A DNA stretch of 64,000 bases from contig CAVVLG010000002.1 in assembly GCA_963749085.1 (NCBI GenBank), positions 83,178 to 147,177 on the forward strand, given 5' to 3'. The position numbers were made by a program, and so were the translations under genes. The DNA comes from Candidatus Adlerbacteria bacterium. Its GTDB lineage: Bacteria; Patescibacteriota; Minisyncoccia; Phycocordibacterales; SBAW01. Positions 1-9,465 of this stretch are shown one piece after another (the first letter of the stretch is position 1; each line of letters starts with the position of its first letter). The notes beneath the pieces were generated by a model. The model did not search any database. It was not told the DNA's origin and saw nothing but the letters and a program-made list of their open reading frames with translations.

Positions 1-2
1 CC

Positions 3-146
3 ACTGTCTATGGATGGCTCGGCAAGGGAGTCGAAAGCAAGCCCACCTACGGGCAGATGGCACGGCTCAGGAAAGAGAACGCCGAGCTCAAACAGCTCCT
101 GGGAGAGATTACCCTGAAGCTCTCCGAATCCCAAAAAAAGAGGTGA
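3..146 (+). CDS. IS3 orfA C-terminal part (TVYGWLGK...RLRKENAELKQLLGEITLKLSESQKKR)
   Basis: Translated by hand; leucine-zipper-like LRKENAELK typical of IS3 OrfA; 5' end truncated by the window edge. Confidence 0.85.
   Translation, partial: TVYGWLGKGVESKPTYGQMARLRKENAELKQLLGEITLKLSESQKKR
133..140 (+). promoter_or_regulatory. -1 programmed ribosomal frameshift site AAAAAAAG
   Basis: A7G just before the orfA stop; the -1 frame continues as KKEVRETTLVNKTLLARELGVSRRSLYY (OrfB N-terminus). Confidence 0.85.
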
Positions 147-960
147 GAGAAACAACCCTCGTCAACAAGACCCTGCTGGCGCGGGAGCTAGGGGTATCGC
201 GCCGGAGCCTGTACTACCGCCGCAGAAAGCCTCCGAAGGATTGGCTCCTCAAATGCCGCATCGAGGGGTGCTCCGGGAATATCCTTCCTACGGACATCGT
301 CGCCTGGCGCTCCACCTACGCCTCAACAGGAAACGCATCCGCAGAGTGATGCGCCTCTTCGGCATCAAGCCCTACCGCAGACGCGGGAGGAAACCGCCGA
401 GAATCAAAGGTCCAGCAAGCATCGAGTATCCCAACCTCCTCTTGGGCACCTTTCCCGCATATCCCAACCACATCTGGGTATCCGACTTCACCTACCTGCC
501 ATTCAAAGGAAAGTTTCTCTACCTCGCCACGGTGATGGATCTCTTCACAAGGGAGATCGTCGGTACGAGCGTCCTTACGGCGCATACCACCCAGCTGACG
601 CTCAATGCATTGCTCTCAGCGCTTACGCATCACCCCCGTCCGGCAATCTTCCACAGCGACAACGGCAGAGAGTACACGTCCTACGACTTTCTCTGCATGC
701 TTCTGTCATGCAACATTGCCCTCTCCCGAAGCCAGAAAGGCTGTCCCTGGGAGAACGGGTATCAGGAGTCCTTCTACAGCCATTTCAAGGTTGAGCTGGG
801 TGATCCGGGGCGTTTCAGTACGCTCGGTGAGTTGGTCTATGAAATCTACTCCCTCGTGTACCGCTACAATCACCACCGCATTCACTCGGCACTCAAGATG
901 CCACCGCGCCTCTTTGCATCAAAACACACATCGGTTACACTGCAGGGGATCATCAACTAG
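134..960 (+). pseudogene. IS3 orfB DDE transposase, split by a 1-nt frameshift near 266
   Basis: Frame 2 reads ...LLKCRIEG and frame 1 continues GVLREYPSYGHRR...; the catalytic core downstream is intact. Confidence 0.8.
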
Positions 961-1238
961 GTGAGAAAAGAAAGGGGTACGTTCCAGTCTCTCCCTCCAC
1001 CTATCCATCAAGTAGTCTCGAGTGCTTTTTGTAATGCAGGACTATTCTGGTAGTACTCCCAAAACCGAGAAAGATAGTCTTTCAGCCTGTTCGAGGTATA
1101 CTCCGTTGCGTCCACCAGTTCAGTTTACCCTTATTTTTCAACGTCTTGAAAGTTGGATTAGGGAGGAGTTCAGAACTTTTCTCATTAAGTAGTTTTAGAG
1201 TACAATCCCTTCAGAAGTAATGATTAAGGAGGACATTC

Positions 1239-1859
1239 ATGTCCATATTTGTCGCTGTGTGTGGCAACGAAGCGGTGGCTGAGCTCCTGGAAAATAAACT
1301 CCAGGTCCACTATCCGAAAGGACAGTGGAAGCTCGCATCATATGACATATATGTACCAAAAAGGATTTCGACTGACCTTTACGCACACCCCATGTCCGAA
1401 CGCACAGAGACTCGGGCATCACAAGTTCTCACGCAAGTACCTGAGTCGACTATCGCCGTCGCATTTGAGTCGGGCATCGTTCAAACGGCTATGGGTGTCG
1501 TCAATTTGGTGGACATGGATGTGCTAGAAATGAGTCCTGAAGAGTTGGACTCGCCTGAGGTCAAGAAGGAGATTCGCAGACGGAGTCTCGAAGCCGTAAA
1601 AGCCTCTCCCAGATTCGCTACTATCTCAGTCGCTTCAGTCGTTGATGCGCAGGGCAAAATCTTCGGCTGTATGGTGTTCGAAGTGGAGGAAGAACCTCAT
1701 GTGGTATTCCACTGGGGTGAAGGTAACGGTACCATCGAGCCAGCACTAGTGGAAGTGGGGGACAGAATTCCCAACCCTGCGCCATTCGTTCAGGCGGTTA
1801 GTGATGTCTTGCTTACCTACCACAAGTCTGCTGTCGAACTTCCTACTATGACGAACTAG
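1239..1859 (+). CDS. hypothetical protein (206 aa)
   Basis: AAGGAGG SD at 1226-1232, long ORF, terminator directly downstream; no family recognised. Confidence 0.75.
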   Translation: MSIFVAVCGNEAVAELLENKLQVHYPKGQWKLASYDIYVPKRISTDLYAHPMSERTETRASQVLTQVPESTIAVAFESGIVQTAMGVVNLVDMDVLEMSPEELDSPEVKKEIRRRSLEAVKASPRFATISVASVVDAQGKIFGCMVFEVEEEPHVVFHWGEGNGTIEPALVEVGDRIPNPAPFVQAVSDVLLTYHKSAVELPTMTN

Positions 1860-1885
1860 GGCCGCCTCACAGGCGGTCTTTCTTT
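1860..1885 (+). terminator. intrinsic terminator
   Basis: GGCCGCCT-CAC-AGGCGGTC hairpin followed by TTTCTTT. Confidence 0.75.
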
Positions 1886-1997
1886 ATATGGGCAAGAGCT
1901 GTTCTAGCTCTCGTACACTGTCTCGTATCCTTTCTTTCTGCCCTAAAAGTTCTGAAAGCCACCCTATTTGCCTACCGGAATAGTTTGTAGTAGTCGT

Positions 1998-2588
1998 TCA
2001 ATACAGGAAGGGTATCAGTTTCCAATGAGTCTCCGAGAGATATTTTTGATACCGTTCATTCCGCGAGAGAAAGAGCTCTTCACGATTGATTCGAACGAGC
2101 ATAAGTCCGGTTGTGCCGATAACTATCGCTGCATTCGCCACCGACACATTCACCAATAGATACCCGAAAAGTGAGAGTAGCTCGCTGAGATACATGGGGT
2201 GTCGGACAATATGATATATTCCTCCCGTTTTTATGCTCCTCTCGGCCGGCACCATGGCGATGCTTCTGTTGAGAAACAGGACACTGATGACATTTATGAC
2301 AATGCCGATGACAATCAGCGTGCCGCCTAACAAAATGTTTATAGGATTCGCCGGCCTTAGCAGCGTTCCTAAAAAGGTCGCCGAGAAGGCTATGCCCCAG
2401 TCAAAGGGCGACGTTGATGTGACAACAGCCTTTTTCCGCACGAGGTAGAGCACAACGTACACGCTTTGATTGATTGCCACTAGCACGTAAGTGATATCCT
2501 TTGTGGCACCAAACGCCTTGAGGTTGATGAAGACGAACAAAAGCAAAAATACCGCAATGACCACATTGCCGATAAGATGCCTTGCCAT
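1998..2588 (-). CDS. isoprenylcysteine carboxyl methyltransferase / PEMT-family membrane methyltransferase
   Basis: TGGIYHIVRHPMY...EE motif with hydrophobic helices; start re-assigned to MARHLIG (2588). Confidence 0.85.
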   Translation of the reverse strand: MARHLIGNVVIAVFLLLFVFINLKAFGATKDITYVLVAINQSVYVVLYLVRKKAVVTSTSPFDWGIAFSATFLGTLLRPANPINILLGGTLIVIGIVINVISVLFLNRSIAMVPAERSIKTGGIYHIVRHPMYLSELLSLFGYLLVNVSVANAAIVIGTTGLMLVRINREELFLSRNERYQKYLSETHWKLIPFLY

Positions 2589-2638
2589 AAATCGAATGCT
2601 ATCATAATGCCAGAGTAGGACTTGAGAGGGGATAGCAG

Positions 2639-2749
2639 ATGGGAAAAAGGAAAAAGCACAAAGAAAAGAAGCGAAAACATAAAAAGAAGAAAAAGAAGAA
2701 CAAAGGACAATGGTTCCTTGTGAAGGTGCCACGCGCATCCGACGACTGA
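2639..2749 (+). CDS. small Lys-rich protein (36 aa, MGKRKKHKEKKRKHKKKKKKNKGQWFLVKVPRASDD)
   Basis: GAGAGGGG SD-like tract upstream and a terminator at 2765-2790; below the ORF-track cutoff. Confidence 0.55.
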   Translation: MGKRKKHKEKKRKHKKKKKKNKGQWFLVKVPRASDD

Positions 2750-2764
2750 CTTGTGTATCTGAGT

Positions 2765-2790
2765 AAAGCCCTGTCATAGCGGGGCTTTTC
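2765..2790 (+). terminator. intrinsic terminator
   Basis: AAAGCCCTG...CGGGGCTTTTC hairpin with T tail. Confidence 0.6.
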
Positions 2791-2808
2791 TGTGATATTA
2801 TTTTCACT

Positions 2809-3708
2809 ATGGTTCTTTCGGCAGATTTCTTCGGTCTCATTTTGTATTGCGTGCAGCAGCTCGGCGTTACTCTCGGCGTTGGCTCCCAGACCATTTTACT
2901 TGTGGCGTATCTTATTTCGATGCGCGACGGCATCCTCGACAGTAAAGAAGCCCAGTTTTCCCGCGCGGTACGCGCAGTCCTCAATACAGGACTCATGTGC
3001 ATAGTTATCTCAGGCGTCGGAATTACCTTTATGCACATCCTTGCGGGGGAGGGCACAACGGTACTAGCCCCTGCCTATCTTTTTAAATGGCTACTTATCA
3101 TATTGGCCCTTGGACTCACACTCATCTCCAAGGATTCCACAAAAAGCCTCCTCTATGGAGTTGCAGGTGGAACTTGGTACGCGCTTTTCTTGGTGCATAT
3201 CCTGGCGCCGGTCACCACCTGGAGCAACCTGTTCACGCTTTACGTGGTGTGGCTCGTCGGTTTTATATTGTGCTGGGAAGCGCTAACGTTCCTCATGCGC
3301 GATAGAGCCGGACGTCCCAAGCCGCAAGTTGTAACCGCGGTAAAAGCTCCTGTGAAAGAAGCCCCTCAAAAAATAATTCCTCCTGCCCTACCCGTGATGC
3401 CAAAAAAAGAATTTTCCCCTATACCTCCTCCGATACCAAAAAAAGAAATTCCTCCGACGCCCTCAAATCTTCCGACGCAGGAAGCACCAGTCATCATACC
3501 GAACCGGATCGTATCGCCCTCAAACGTTGTGGTATCAAACAGCAATACATTACCGCTCCAAAAAGATCCATTACCGACGACTCCGATGGTGTCGCAGAAG
3601 GACGCTCCCCTCACGCCAAGGTCGCCAGAAAAGGTCCCCAACGATGCCGCGTCCGGACTACCCACTATTCAGGTGATGCCGAAAACTCCGAATGATCTGC
3701 AGACGTAA
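2809..3708 (+). CDS. membrane protein with Pro-rich disordered C-terminal tail
   Basis: About 5 hydrophobic segments, then a P/K/T-rich tail with a short PKKE repeat; TATTAT 7 nt before the ATG. Confidence 0.8.
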   Translation: MVLSADFFGLILYCVQQLGVTLGVGSQTILLVAYLISMRDGILDSKEAQFSRAVRAVLNTGLMCIVISGVGITFMHILAGEGTTVLAPAYLFKWLLIILALGLTLISKDSTKSLLYGVAGGTWYALFLVHILAPVTTWSNLFTLYVVWLVGFILCWEALTFLMRDRAGRPKPQVVTAVKAPVKEAPQKIIPPALPVMPKKEFSPIPPPIPKKEIPPTPSNLPTQEAPVIIPNRIVSPSNVVVSNSNTLPLQKDPLPTTPMVSQKDAPLTPRSPEKVPNDAASGLPTIQVMPKTPNDLQT

Positions 3709-3713
3709 TTACC

Positions 3714-4325
3714 ATGGGATTTTTCAGCGAACGAAAAAAGAAAAAAATAACGCTTCTTTTGGGGCATCCGGACAAGGAGACGTTAAGCGGCGAGTTAGTC
3801 GATCTCTACGAGGGCGCCGCAAAAAAAGCCGGACACGAGGTACAGCGTTTCAACGTCGGCGATATGAGGTTCGACCCCATCCTCCATAAAGGCTACAAAG
3901 TTATCCAGGAATTGGAGCCCGACTTGCGGGAACTCCAGGAGTCGATAACCTGGTGTGACCATTTCGTTATTTTCTACCCTAACTGGTGGTCGACGATGCC
4001 AGCGTCCCTCAAAGGGTTGTTCGATCGCTTATGGCTACCGGGATTTGCTTTCAACATGCGTAAGCACAAGGACGGGACGCCCGCGATAGGGTGGAAAAAA
4101 AGAATGAAAGGCAAGACCGCTCGCGTCTTTGTGCTCTCGGGGGACCATCCCTTTTTCATTTGGCTTTTTTTCGGTGATTACACCAACGAGATACGCATGG
4201 GTATTTTATGGTTTGCCGGATTTAAGACGAAGCTCTCGCGCCTGGGTCCTACTGATTATCCTCCAGCGTGGAAAGTACACGAGTGGCAGCGCAAGGTACA
4301 AAAATTGGCTAAGTTGGCAGAATAA
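3714..4325 (+). CDS. NAD(P)H-dependent oxidoreductase (flavodoxin-2 / quinone reductase family)
   Basis: LGHP, FDPILH, YPNWWSTMPASLKGLFDR motifs. Confidence 0.9.
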   Translation: MGFFSERKKKKITLLLGHPDKETLSGELVDLYEGAAKKAGHEVQRFNVGDMRFDPILHKGYKVIQELEPDLRELQESITWCDHFVIFYPNWWSTMPASLKGLFDRLWLPGFAFNMRKHKDGTPAIGWKKRMKGKTARVFVLSGDHPFFIWLFFGDYTNEIRMGILWFAGFKTKLSRLGPTDYPPAWKVHEWQRKVQKLAKLAE

Positions 4326-4491
4326 TAAAAGGATCGCGAACGCTAGCTGCCGCCTGCTGTTTGTTTCGGGCAAATCCAAGCCTGAGAACTTCATCCAAGA
4401 TTCATGTCGTTGCGATTATTGTGCTTACTCGTCCGACTTCTGCTGTGATGCCGCCCCCTTGGCTGCGCCTCATAGATGCTACTAAATCTTT

Positions 4492-4767
4492 ATGACACGA
4501 CTCGTTAACGCAATCATTGGAATTATTGAAGCACTTTTCCTCGTGCGATTAGGACTGCAACTATTCGCAGCTAACTCGTTATCACCATTTGTTGCATGGC
4601 TATACGCGGTCACCAATGGACTCGCTGGACCTTTTGCGGGGGCATTCCCGGCGTTCCCTTTAGGAAATGGCTCTGTCATTGACCTCTCGATCGTCCTCGC
4701 GATGATCTGTTATGCTATCTTGGGGTGGCTTATTGTTCTCCTCCTGTCGTTTGTGTTTAGCTCCTAA
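4492..4767 (+). CDS. YggT-family membrane protein
   Basis: RLGLQLFAAN...FVAWLYAVT..LAGPF.G.FP...IDLSIVLAMICY pattern. Confidence 0.85.
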   Translation: MTRLVNAIIGIIEALFLVRLGLQLFAANSLSPFVAWLYAVTNGLAGPFAGAFPAFPLGNGSVIDLSIVLAMICYAILGWLIVLLLSFVFSS

Positions 4768-4917
4768 CTCGGCTGGACCTTAAGGACCCCTAGGATGGCT
4801 CTTCAAACTCTTCTTTAACCCAATTTTGCAAGCATTTGAAAAAATAAGGCCGAGATCATGAACTGCAAGGCACTGCGGTTTCTGTAGAGCTTCTAGCAAA
4901 CGTTGCGTAGGACACGC

Positions 4918-4960
4918 GCCGGGGAGGCCCCTTGCATCAATGCCTTGGGGCCTCCCCGGC
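4918..4960. repeat. perfect 14-bp GC-rich inverted repeat
   Basis: GCCGGGGAGGCCCC (4918-4931) and GGGGCCTCCCCGGC (4947-4960). Confidence 0.9.
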
Positions 4961-5161
4961 TCAAACCATCAGTAAGTCCATACCGGAAGGATGATTGACT
5001 AATGACTCTCAGAAACAAGCGTGGCTTTCAGACAGTGGCGCGATTGCGCTCATCTCACCGCCTTAATATATAACGAGACGGTTTTAGTCTCGAGGGTGCA
5101 CTGTATCAAAACCAAGCTGAAAGTCGGATGAAATCGTTGCTCAAAAAGAATTGTGCTTCAA

Positions 5162-7189
5162 CTAATGCGGCACCTTCCTAAATGCCGTTTCAATTTCCTT
5201 AAGGCCGACGGGCTTAGTAAGATGAAGAGAAAAACCTGCTTTGAGCGCCTGTGCCTTGTCTTTAGGCTGGCCATACCCCGTGAGCGCAATGAGGGTGGAT
5301 GAAAAGTCTTTTTTTCCTTGCAATACGCGCGCGACTTCATATCCGTCTATATCCGGCAGTCCGATATCCAGGATGATGATCTGCGGGTGGAATTGTTGGG
5401 CCTTATATATCGCTTCGGAACCGTTGAGAGCGAGTTGGACCTCGTGTCCACGAAGCTCCAGAAGCCGTCCGAGTGCTTCAGCCGCCACCTCATTATCGTC
5501 AACAACAAGTATGGAGCGAGTATATTTAACCCGACGCAACGCCCGGCCGACGTGAAGTTTTGGCCGAACGACCGATGGCAGCTGTACATCCGCGGGCAAC
5601 GGCAAACGAACAATAAACTCGGAGCCGAGCCCTTCTCCTGGGCTAGTCGCTTCTATGCTGCCGCCGTGCATTTCGACAAGCTGGCGCGTCAGCGGCAAAC
5701 CAACGCCGAGTCCTTCGGTAGCCAGTTGTCCGCGCTCGACCTGAAAGAAAGGCTCAAAAATGCGCTTGAGCATGTTTTTCGGGATGCCGATACCGTTGTC
5801 GCGCACGCGGATGACCGCCGTAGTGCCCTCCTTCCGGGAGACCAGCTCTATGGACCCGTTGGGCTTGGTGTATTTTGCCGCGTTGTTAAGAAGGTTCACC
5901 AGTATCTGCTCAAGCCGTATGGGATCGGCGTCTAGATACAGCTCATGCTCCGGTTTTACGACGGCGAGAGTATGGCCGCGGCTGCGTATGAGTGTCTGAG
6001 CCGCGCGCACGGAACGGTCGATCAGGGAATCCAAAGAAAGTTTTTCCTTTCGCAGTGTCAGTTTATTCTGCGATATGCGGGAGACATCGAGCAGATCGTC
6101 CAGCATGCTGGTCATGGCGCGGACATGCTCGTCTATCGTCTGGAGGAGCAGAGCCGTGTCCGGCGCATGTGTTTCCTGCAGTCTCAGAAGTTCGGCCGAA
6201 CTCAGTATCGCCGAGAGCGGGTTGCGAAGCTCGTGGGCGAGGATCGCGAGGAAGTTTTTTCTCGCTTCGTCTTCGGATGAGACCTTGTGCAGTGCCTGCT
6301 CCAGCTCCTCGACGTGATGCCGCAGCAATCTCTGAGTGTTTTTGCGCTCCTCGACAACGGCGGCAAAAATAAGGAACACCGCGCTCGTGGTCCCTATGAA
6401 TAATTGGAGGTAGAACAATCCTTCAAAGGCGTACGGGCCGTACCCCGCAAATGCACCCGAAAGAGCTACGACTGCCACAAGAAAGAGCGCAAGCGTCGTG
6501 CCCCGCGGGCCAGTGCGCAGCGACGCCCAGGTCAGCGGGATAAAAAGGTAATAGACGAAATTTGTCTGCGGCGTCCAGAAAACGAAGAGGGAGACGCACA
6601 ACACCGTGAGCGCGACCGCGCCGAGCTCTATATACTGCAGCGGCGTTCTACTAAAAAACGGCTGGGAAATCCATTTGAGGAGAAAAGGCGAAACGATGAG
6701 AATACCGAGCACGTTTCCGATCCACCACTCCATCCCTGTTACTTGTATCGCTGCCGTACTGAGCCCTCCGAGCCGCAGACTTACCACCGCGAGGGCGACA
6801 CTTATCAAGCTGGCGCACAGTGCCACTGCAATAATGCCGATATTATCGCGCAATCGCGCAAAAGCCGGATTGAGACCGACATATCGCCGCAGCACATATG
6901 TGCCAGCGAGACTCTGAAGTGTATTTCCGAGCGCAATGCCAAGCGCCAGGAGGGGCGTTCCACCCGCGGAGAGATTCACCGCAAACGAAGCAAGGATAAC
7001 GGCAGGCCAAAGGCTGTACCCATATAAAAAGAGGGCGGCGAGCGCAATGCCTGCCTCCAGCGAGACTACAGGTACGAACGCAGTAACTGGATGAATGGCA
7101 AGCTCAAGGCGCCCGATGATGAAATAGGCTGCAAAAAGCCCCACATGGGGGCCAAACCGTTTGAGATAGTGGGAAAAAAGCTGAGGCAT
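5162..7189 (-). CDS. MASE1-domain hybrid sensor histidine kinase / response regulator
   Basis: N-terminal MASE1-like TM region (WWIGNVLG), H-box LAHELRNPL, NLLNNAAKYT, DNGIGI, GLGVGL, C-terminal receiver (LVVDD, LDIGLP, KP); start MPQLF at 7189. Confidence 0.92.
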   Translation of the reverse strand: MPQLFSHYLKRFGPHVGLFAAYFIIGRLELAIHPVTAFVPVVSLEAGIALAALFLYGYSLWPAVILASFAVNLSAGGTPLLALGIALGNTLQSLAGTYVLRRYVGLNPAFARLRDNIGIIAVALCASLISVALAVVSLRLGGLSTAAIQVTGMEWWIGNVLGILIVSPFLLKWISQPFFSRTPLQYIELGAVALTVLCVSLFVFWTPQTNFVYYLFIPLTWASLRTGPRGTTLALFLVAVVALSGAFAGYGPYAFEGLFYLQLFIGTTSAVFLIFAAVVEERKNTQRLLRHHVEELEQALHKVSSEDEARKNFLAILAHELRNPLSAILSSAELLRLQETHAPDTALLLQTIDEHVRAMTSMLDDLLDVSRISQNKLTLRKEKLSLDSLIDRSVRAAQTLIRSRGHTLAVVKPEHELYLDADPIRLEQILVNLLNNAAKYTKPNGSIELVSRKEGTTAVIRVRDNGIGIPKNMLKRIFEPFFQVERGQLATEGLGVGLPLTRQLVEMHGGSIEATSPGEGLGSEFIVRLPLPADVQLPSVVRPKLHVGRALRRVKYTRSILVVDDNEVAAEALGRLLELRGHEVQLALNGSEAIYKAQQFHPQIIILDIGLPDIDGYEVARVLQGKKDFSSTLIALTGYGQPKDKAQALKAGFSLHLTKPVGLKEIETAFRKVPH

Positions 7190-7190
7190 G

Positions 7191-7865
7191 TCATGCCACG
7201 AGGCGGTACCCGACGCCGCGGACTGTCTCAAAATGAGCCGAGTTGCTGTTCTGACCGAGTTTTTTGCGCAGATTCTTCATGTGCACGTCGAGAACGTTGC
7301 TGTACGTCAGAGCGTTAAAGTCCCACACTTTATTGGAGAGCTCTTCGCGCGTGAATACTTCTCCGGGCCGGCGAAGAAAACATTCAAGGAGAGAGTATTC
7401 CTTGAGGGTCAGGGGAATTTCGGTATCCCCGACGGACACGCGGCGGGCGCCGGTATTTATCGTAATATCGCCCACGGCATGTATCACCCTCGGTGCTGCC
7501 TTGGGGCGCCGCGATACGGAGTTAATGCGAGCGATGAGCTCTTCCGAAGAAAATGGTTTTACCACGTAATCGTCGGCACCCGAGTTCAAGAGCTCAACTT
7601 TATATTCCGTTCCGGATTGACCGGTAAGAATAATGACCGGTGTGGTGATATGGTCGGCTCGCAGGAACTTGGTAAGAGTAATTCCGTCGAGGCCCGGCAG
7701 CGTGAGATCAAGAATGATAGCGTCGTATTCCTTGTGATAGAGCGAGATGCGATTTCGCGCTTTCTCGCCATCCGCGAGCCAGTCTACCGCAAAACCCTTC
7801 AGTTCAAGGATTTTCTTGAGGTTTTTTGCAAGGGCCTCCTCGTCCTCTACGATTAAGAGTCTCAT
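7191..7865 (-). CDS. OmpR/PhoB-family response regulator
   Basis: LIVEDE, ILDLTLP, GADDYVVKPF and winged helix ETVRGVGY. Confidence 0.95.
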   Translation of the reverse strand: MRLLIVEDEEALAKNLKKILELKGFAVDWLADGEKARNRISLYHKEYDAIILDLTLPGLDGITLTKFLRADHITTPVIILTGQSGTEYKVELLNSGADDYVVKPFSSEELIARINSVSRRPKAAPRVIHAVGDITINTGARRVSVGDTEIPLTLKEYSLLECFLRRPGEVFTREELSNKVWDFNALTYSNVLDVHMKNLRKKLGQNSNSAHFETVRGVGYRLVA

Positions 7866-8122
7866 ACGATCATTCTACCTTATGTACGTCTATATGAATA
7901 TCTCATGAAGAAATATTCAGGAAAACGCACGAGGATGCAAGCCGGGCCTAGGAGTATCAAATGCCGAGCAAGGAACAAATCGAGCGATACACCAAGGCCG
8001 CGCGAGAGATGATTAAGGGCTTGAATTTCGAGACGAAACGGGGGATAGTGCTTGATGTCGTAGATAAAATCGTCGCTAACCCGCAACAGCTAGAAGTCTA
8101 TGGATATGTTCGAATAACCAAC

Positions 8123-9232
8123 ATGTCGCATTCCGCTCTGAGCATAGGCATCGTGGGACTCCCCAACGTGGGTAAGTCAACCTTATTTCAGGCGCTCACC
8201 AAAAAGAGTGTTCTCATCGCCAATTACCCCTTCGCCACTATCGATCCTTCGGTCGGCGTGGTCGCAGTGCCCGATGAACGGATGGACAAACTGGCCACCT
8301 TTTCCTCGTCAGCTAAGAAGATCCCCGCCGCGATAGAGTTCGTCGATATTGCTGGATTGGTCAAAGGGGCTTCTGAAGGGGAGGGGTTGGGCAATAAATT
8401 CCTCTCGTATATCCGTGAGGTTGATGCCATAGCTCATGTCGTGCGGGTGTTTGATAACGTTAACATCACCCATGTTGAAGCGGAAGTTAATCCGGTACGC
8501 GATATCGAAACTATAAACCTAGAATTGGCGCTTGCTGATTTGGAAACGGCTACCAAGAAGCTCGATTCGCTGGAGCGCGATGTGCGTGCGGGCAAGAAAG
8601 AGGCGATGGTCGAGCAATCGGCAACCATGAAAGCAAAAAAAGTATTGGAGGCGGGAAGTTTGGCCGCCACGGCCCCATATACTCCTGAAGAGAGGAATGC
8701 GCTAAAGGGTCTACATTTGCTCACGCTTAAACCGATGCTCTATGTGCTCAATCGCGAAGCCGACGGACACAATCTCGACGAGCTTAAGGACGATCGCTGG
8801 CAGTCGCTCATGGAGTTTTTTGAAAAAAATAACGCCGCACACGTTATCGTAGACGCGCACATTGAGAATGAGCTCCGCGAACTTCAGGGAGAAGATAAAA
8901 CATCGTTCCGGCAGGAATACGGTATTTTCGACGACGGCATTAATGCGCTTATTAAAGCCGGATACGCGCTGTTGGGCCTCATTAGTTTCTTTACGACCGG
9001 CGAAGACGAGACTCGCGCTTGGACTATTCCCCAGGGCTCGGCGGCACCCGAGGCGGGCGCCACCATACACACCGATTTTTTTGATAAATTCATACGCGCT
9101 GAGGTCATTAACTGGCGGATACTGCTTAATGCAGGCTCCTATGCAATTGCGCGCGAAAAAGGTCTCATCCGTACTGAGGGAAAGGAGTACGTAGTCAAAG
9201 ACGGCGACGTTATAGAATTTCTTCACTCATAA
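8123..9232 (+). CDS. ychF: redox-regulated ATPase YchF
   Basis: [47 protein letters not shown] tail [11 protein letters not shown]; the ORF is open upstream to 7961 (see findings). Confidence 0.97.
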   Translation: MSHSALSIGIVGLPNVGKSTLFQALTKKSVLIANYPFATIDPSVGVVAVPDERMDKLATFSSSAKKIPAAIEFVDIAGLVKGASEGEGLGNKFLSYIREVDAIAHVVRVFDNVNITHVEAEVNPVRDIETINLELALADLETATKKLDSLERDVRAGKKEAMVEQSATMKAKKVLEAGSLAATAPYTPEERNALKGLHLLTLKPMLYVLNREADGHNLDELKDDRWQSLMEFFEKNNAAHVIVDAHIENELRELQGEDKTSFRQEYGIFDDGINALIKAGYALLGLISFFTTGEDETRAWTIPQGSAAPEAGATIHTDFFDKFIRAEVINWRILLNAGSYAIAREKGLIRTEGKEYVVKDGDVIEFLHS

Positions 9233-9255
9233 AAAGAAAACGGCCAACTGTATGT

Positions 9256-9465
9256 TCAATCGGCCATTTTTATTCTTCGGTGTTTTGTGCTTTTAAGCCA
9301 TTGTCTATGGCGCAAAGCCGCGGTGCGCACTTTTGCGTGGGAGTGGTTGAGATAATAGCACCAGCCCTCGTCAGTGATGATCGCATTGGTGCCCCAAACG
9401 TCGACCTTCAAGATCGAAAGCATCAACTCGATCTTGCGGATGTTTCTGAGCAGAGGCGATTTCAT
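9256..9465 (-). CDS. small hypothetical protein (69 aa)
   Basis: ATG overlaps the aspartokinase stop (ATGA coupling). Confidence 0.5.
   Translation of the reverse strand: MKSPLLRNIRKIELMLSILKVDVWGTNAIITDEGWCYYLNHSHAKVRTAALRHRQWLKSTKHRRIKMAD

Larger units (their letters stand above)
1..986 (+). mobile_element. IS3-family insertion sequence (left end outside the window), with an extra frameshift in orfB
   Basis: orfA tail in frame 3 ends at an A7G slippery site. orfB has the HTH_21-like YGHRR segment, WVSDFTY, HSDNG and ENGYQESF (DDE). A right-IR-like tract GAAAAGAAAGGGGTACGTTCCA ends in CA at 986. Confidence 0.9.

Noticed and set aside
1010-1117. Short minus-strand frame VDATEYTSNRLKDYLSRFWEYYQNSPALQKALETT
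   Set aside because: No convincing start signals or family; it may be a gene remnant but cannot be supported.
2589-3056. N-terminal extension of the 352-aa ORF 1998-3056
   Set aside because: It overlaps the divergent 2809 gene and the Lys-rich ORF; homology and a -10 box support the start at 2588.
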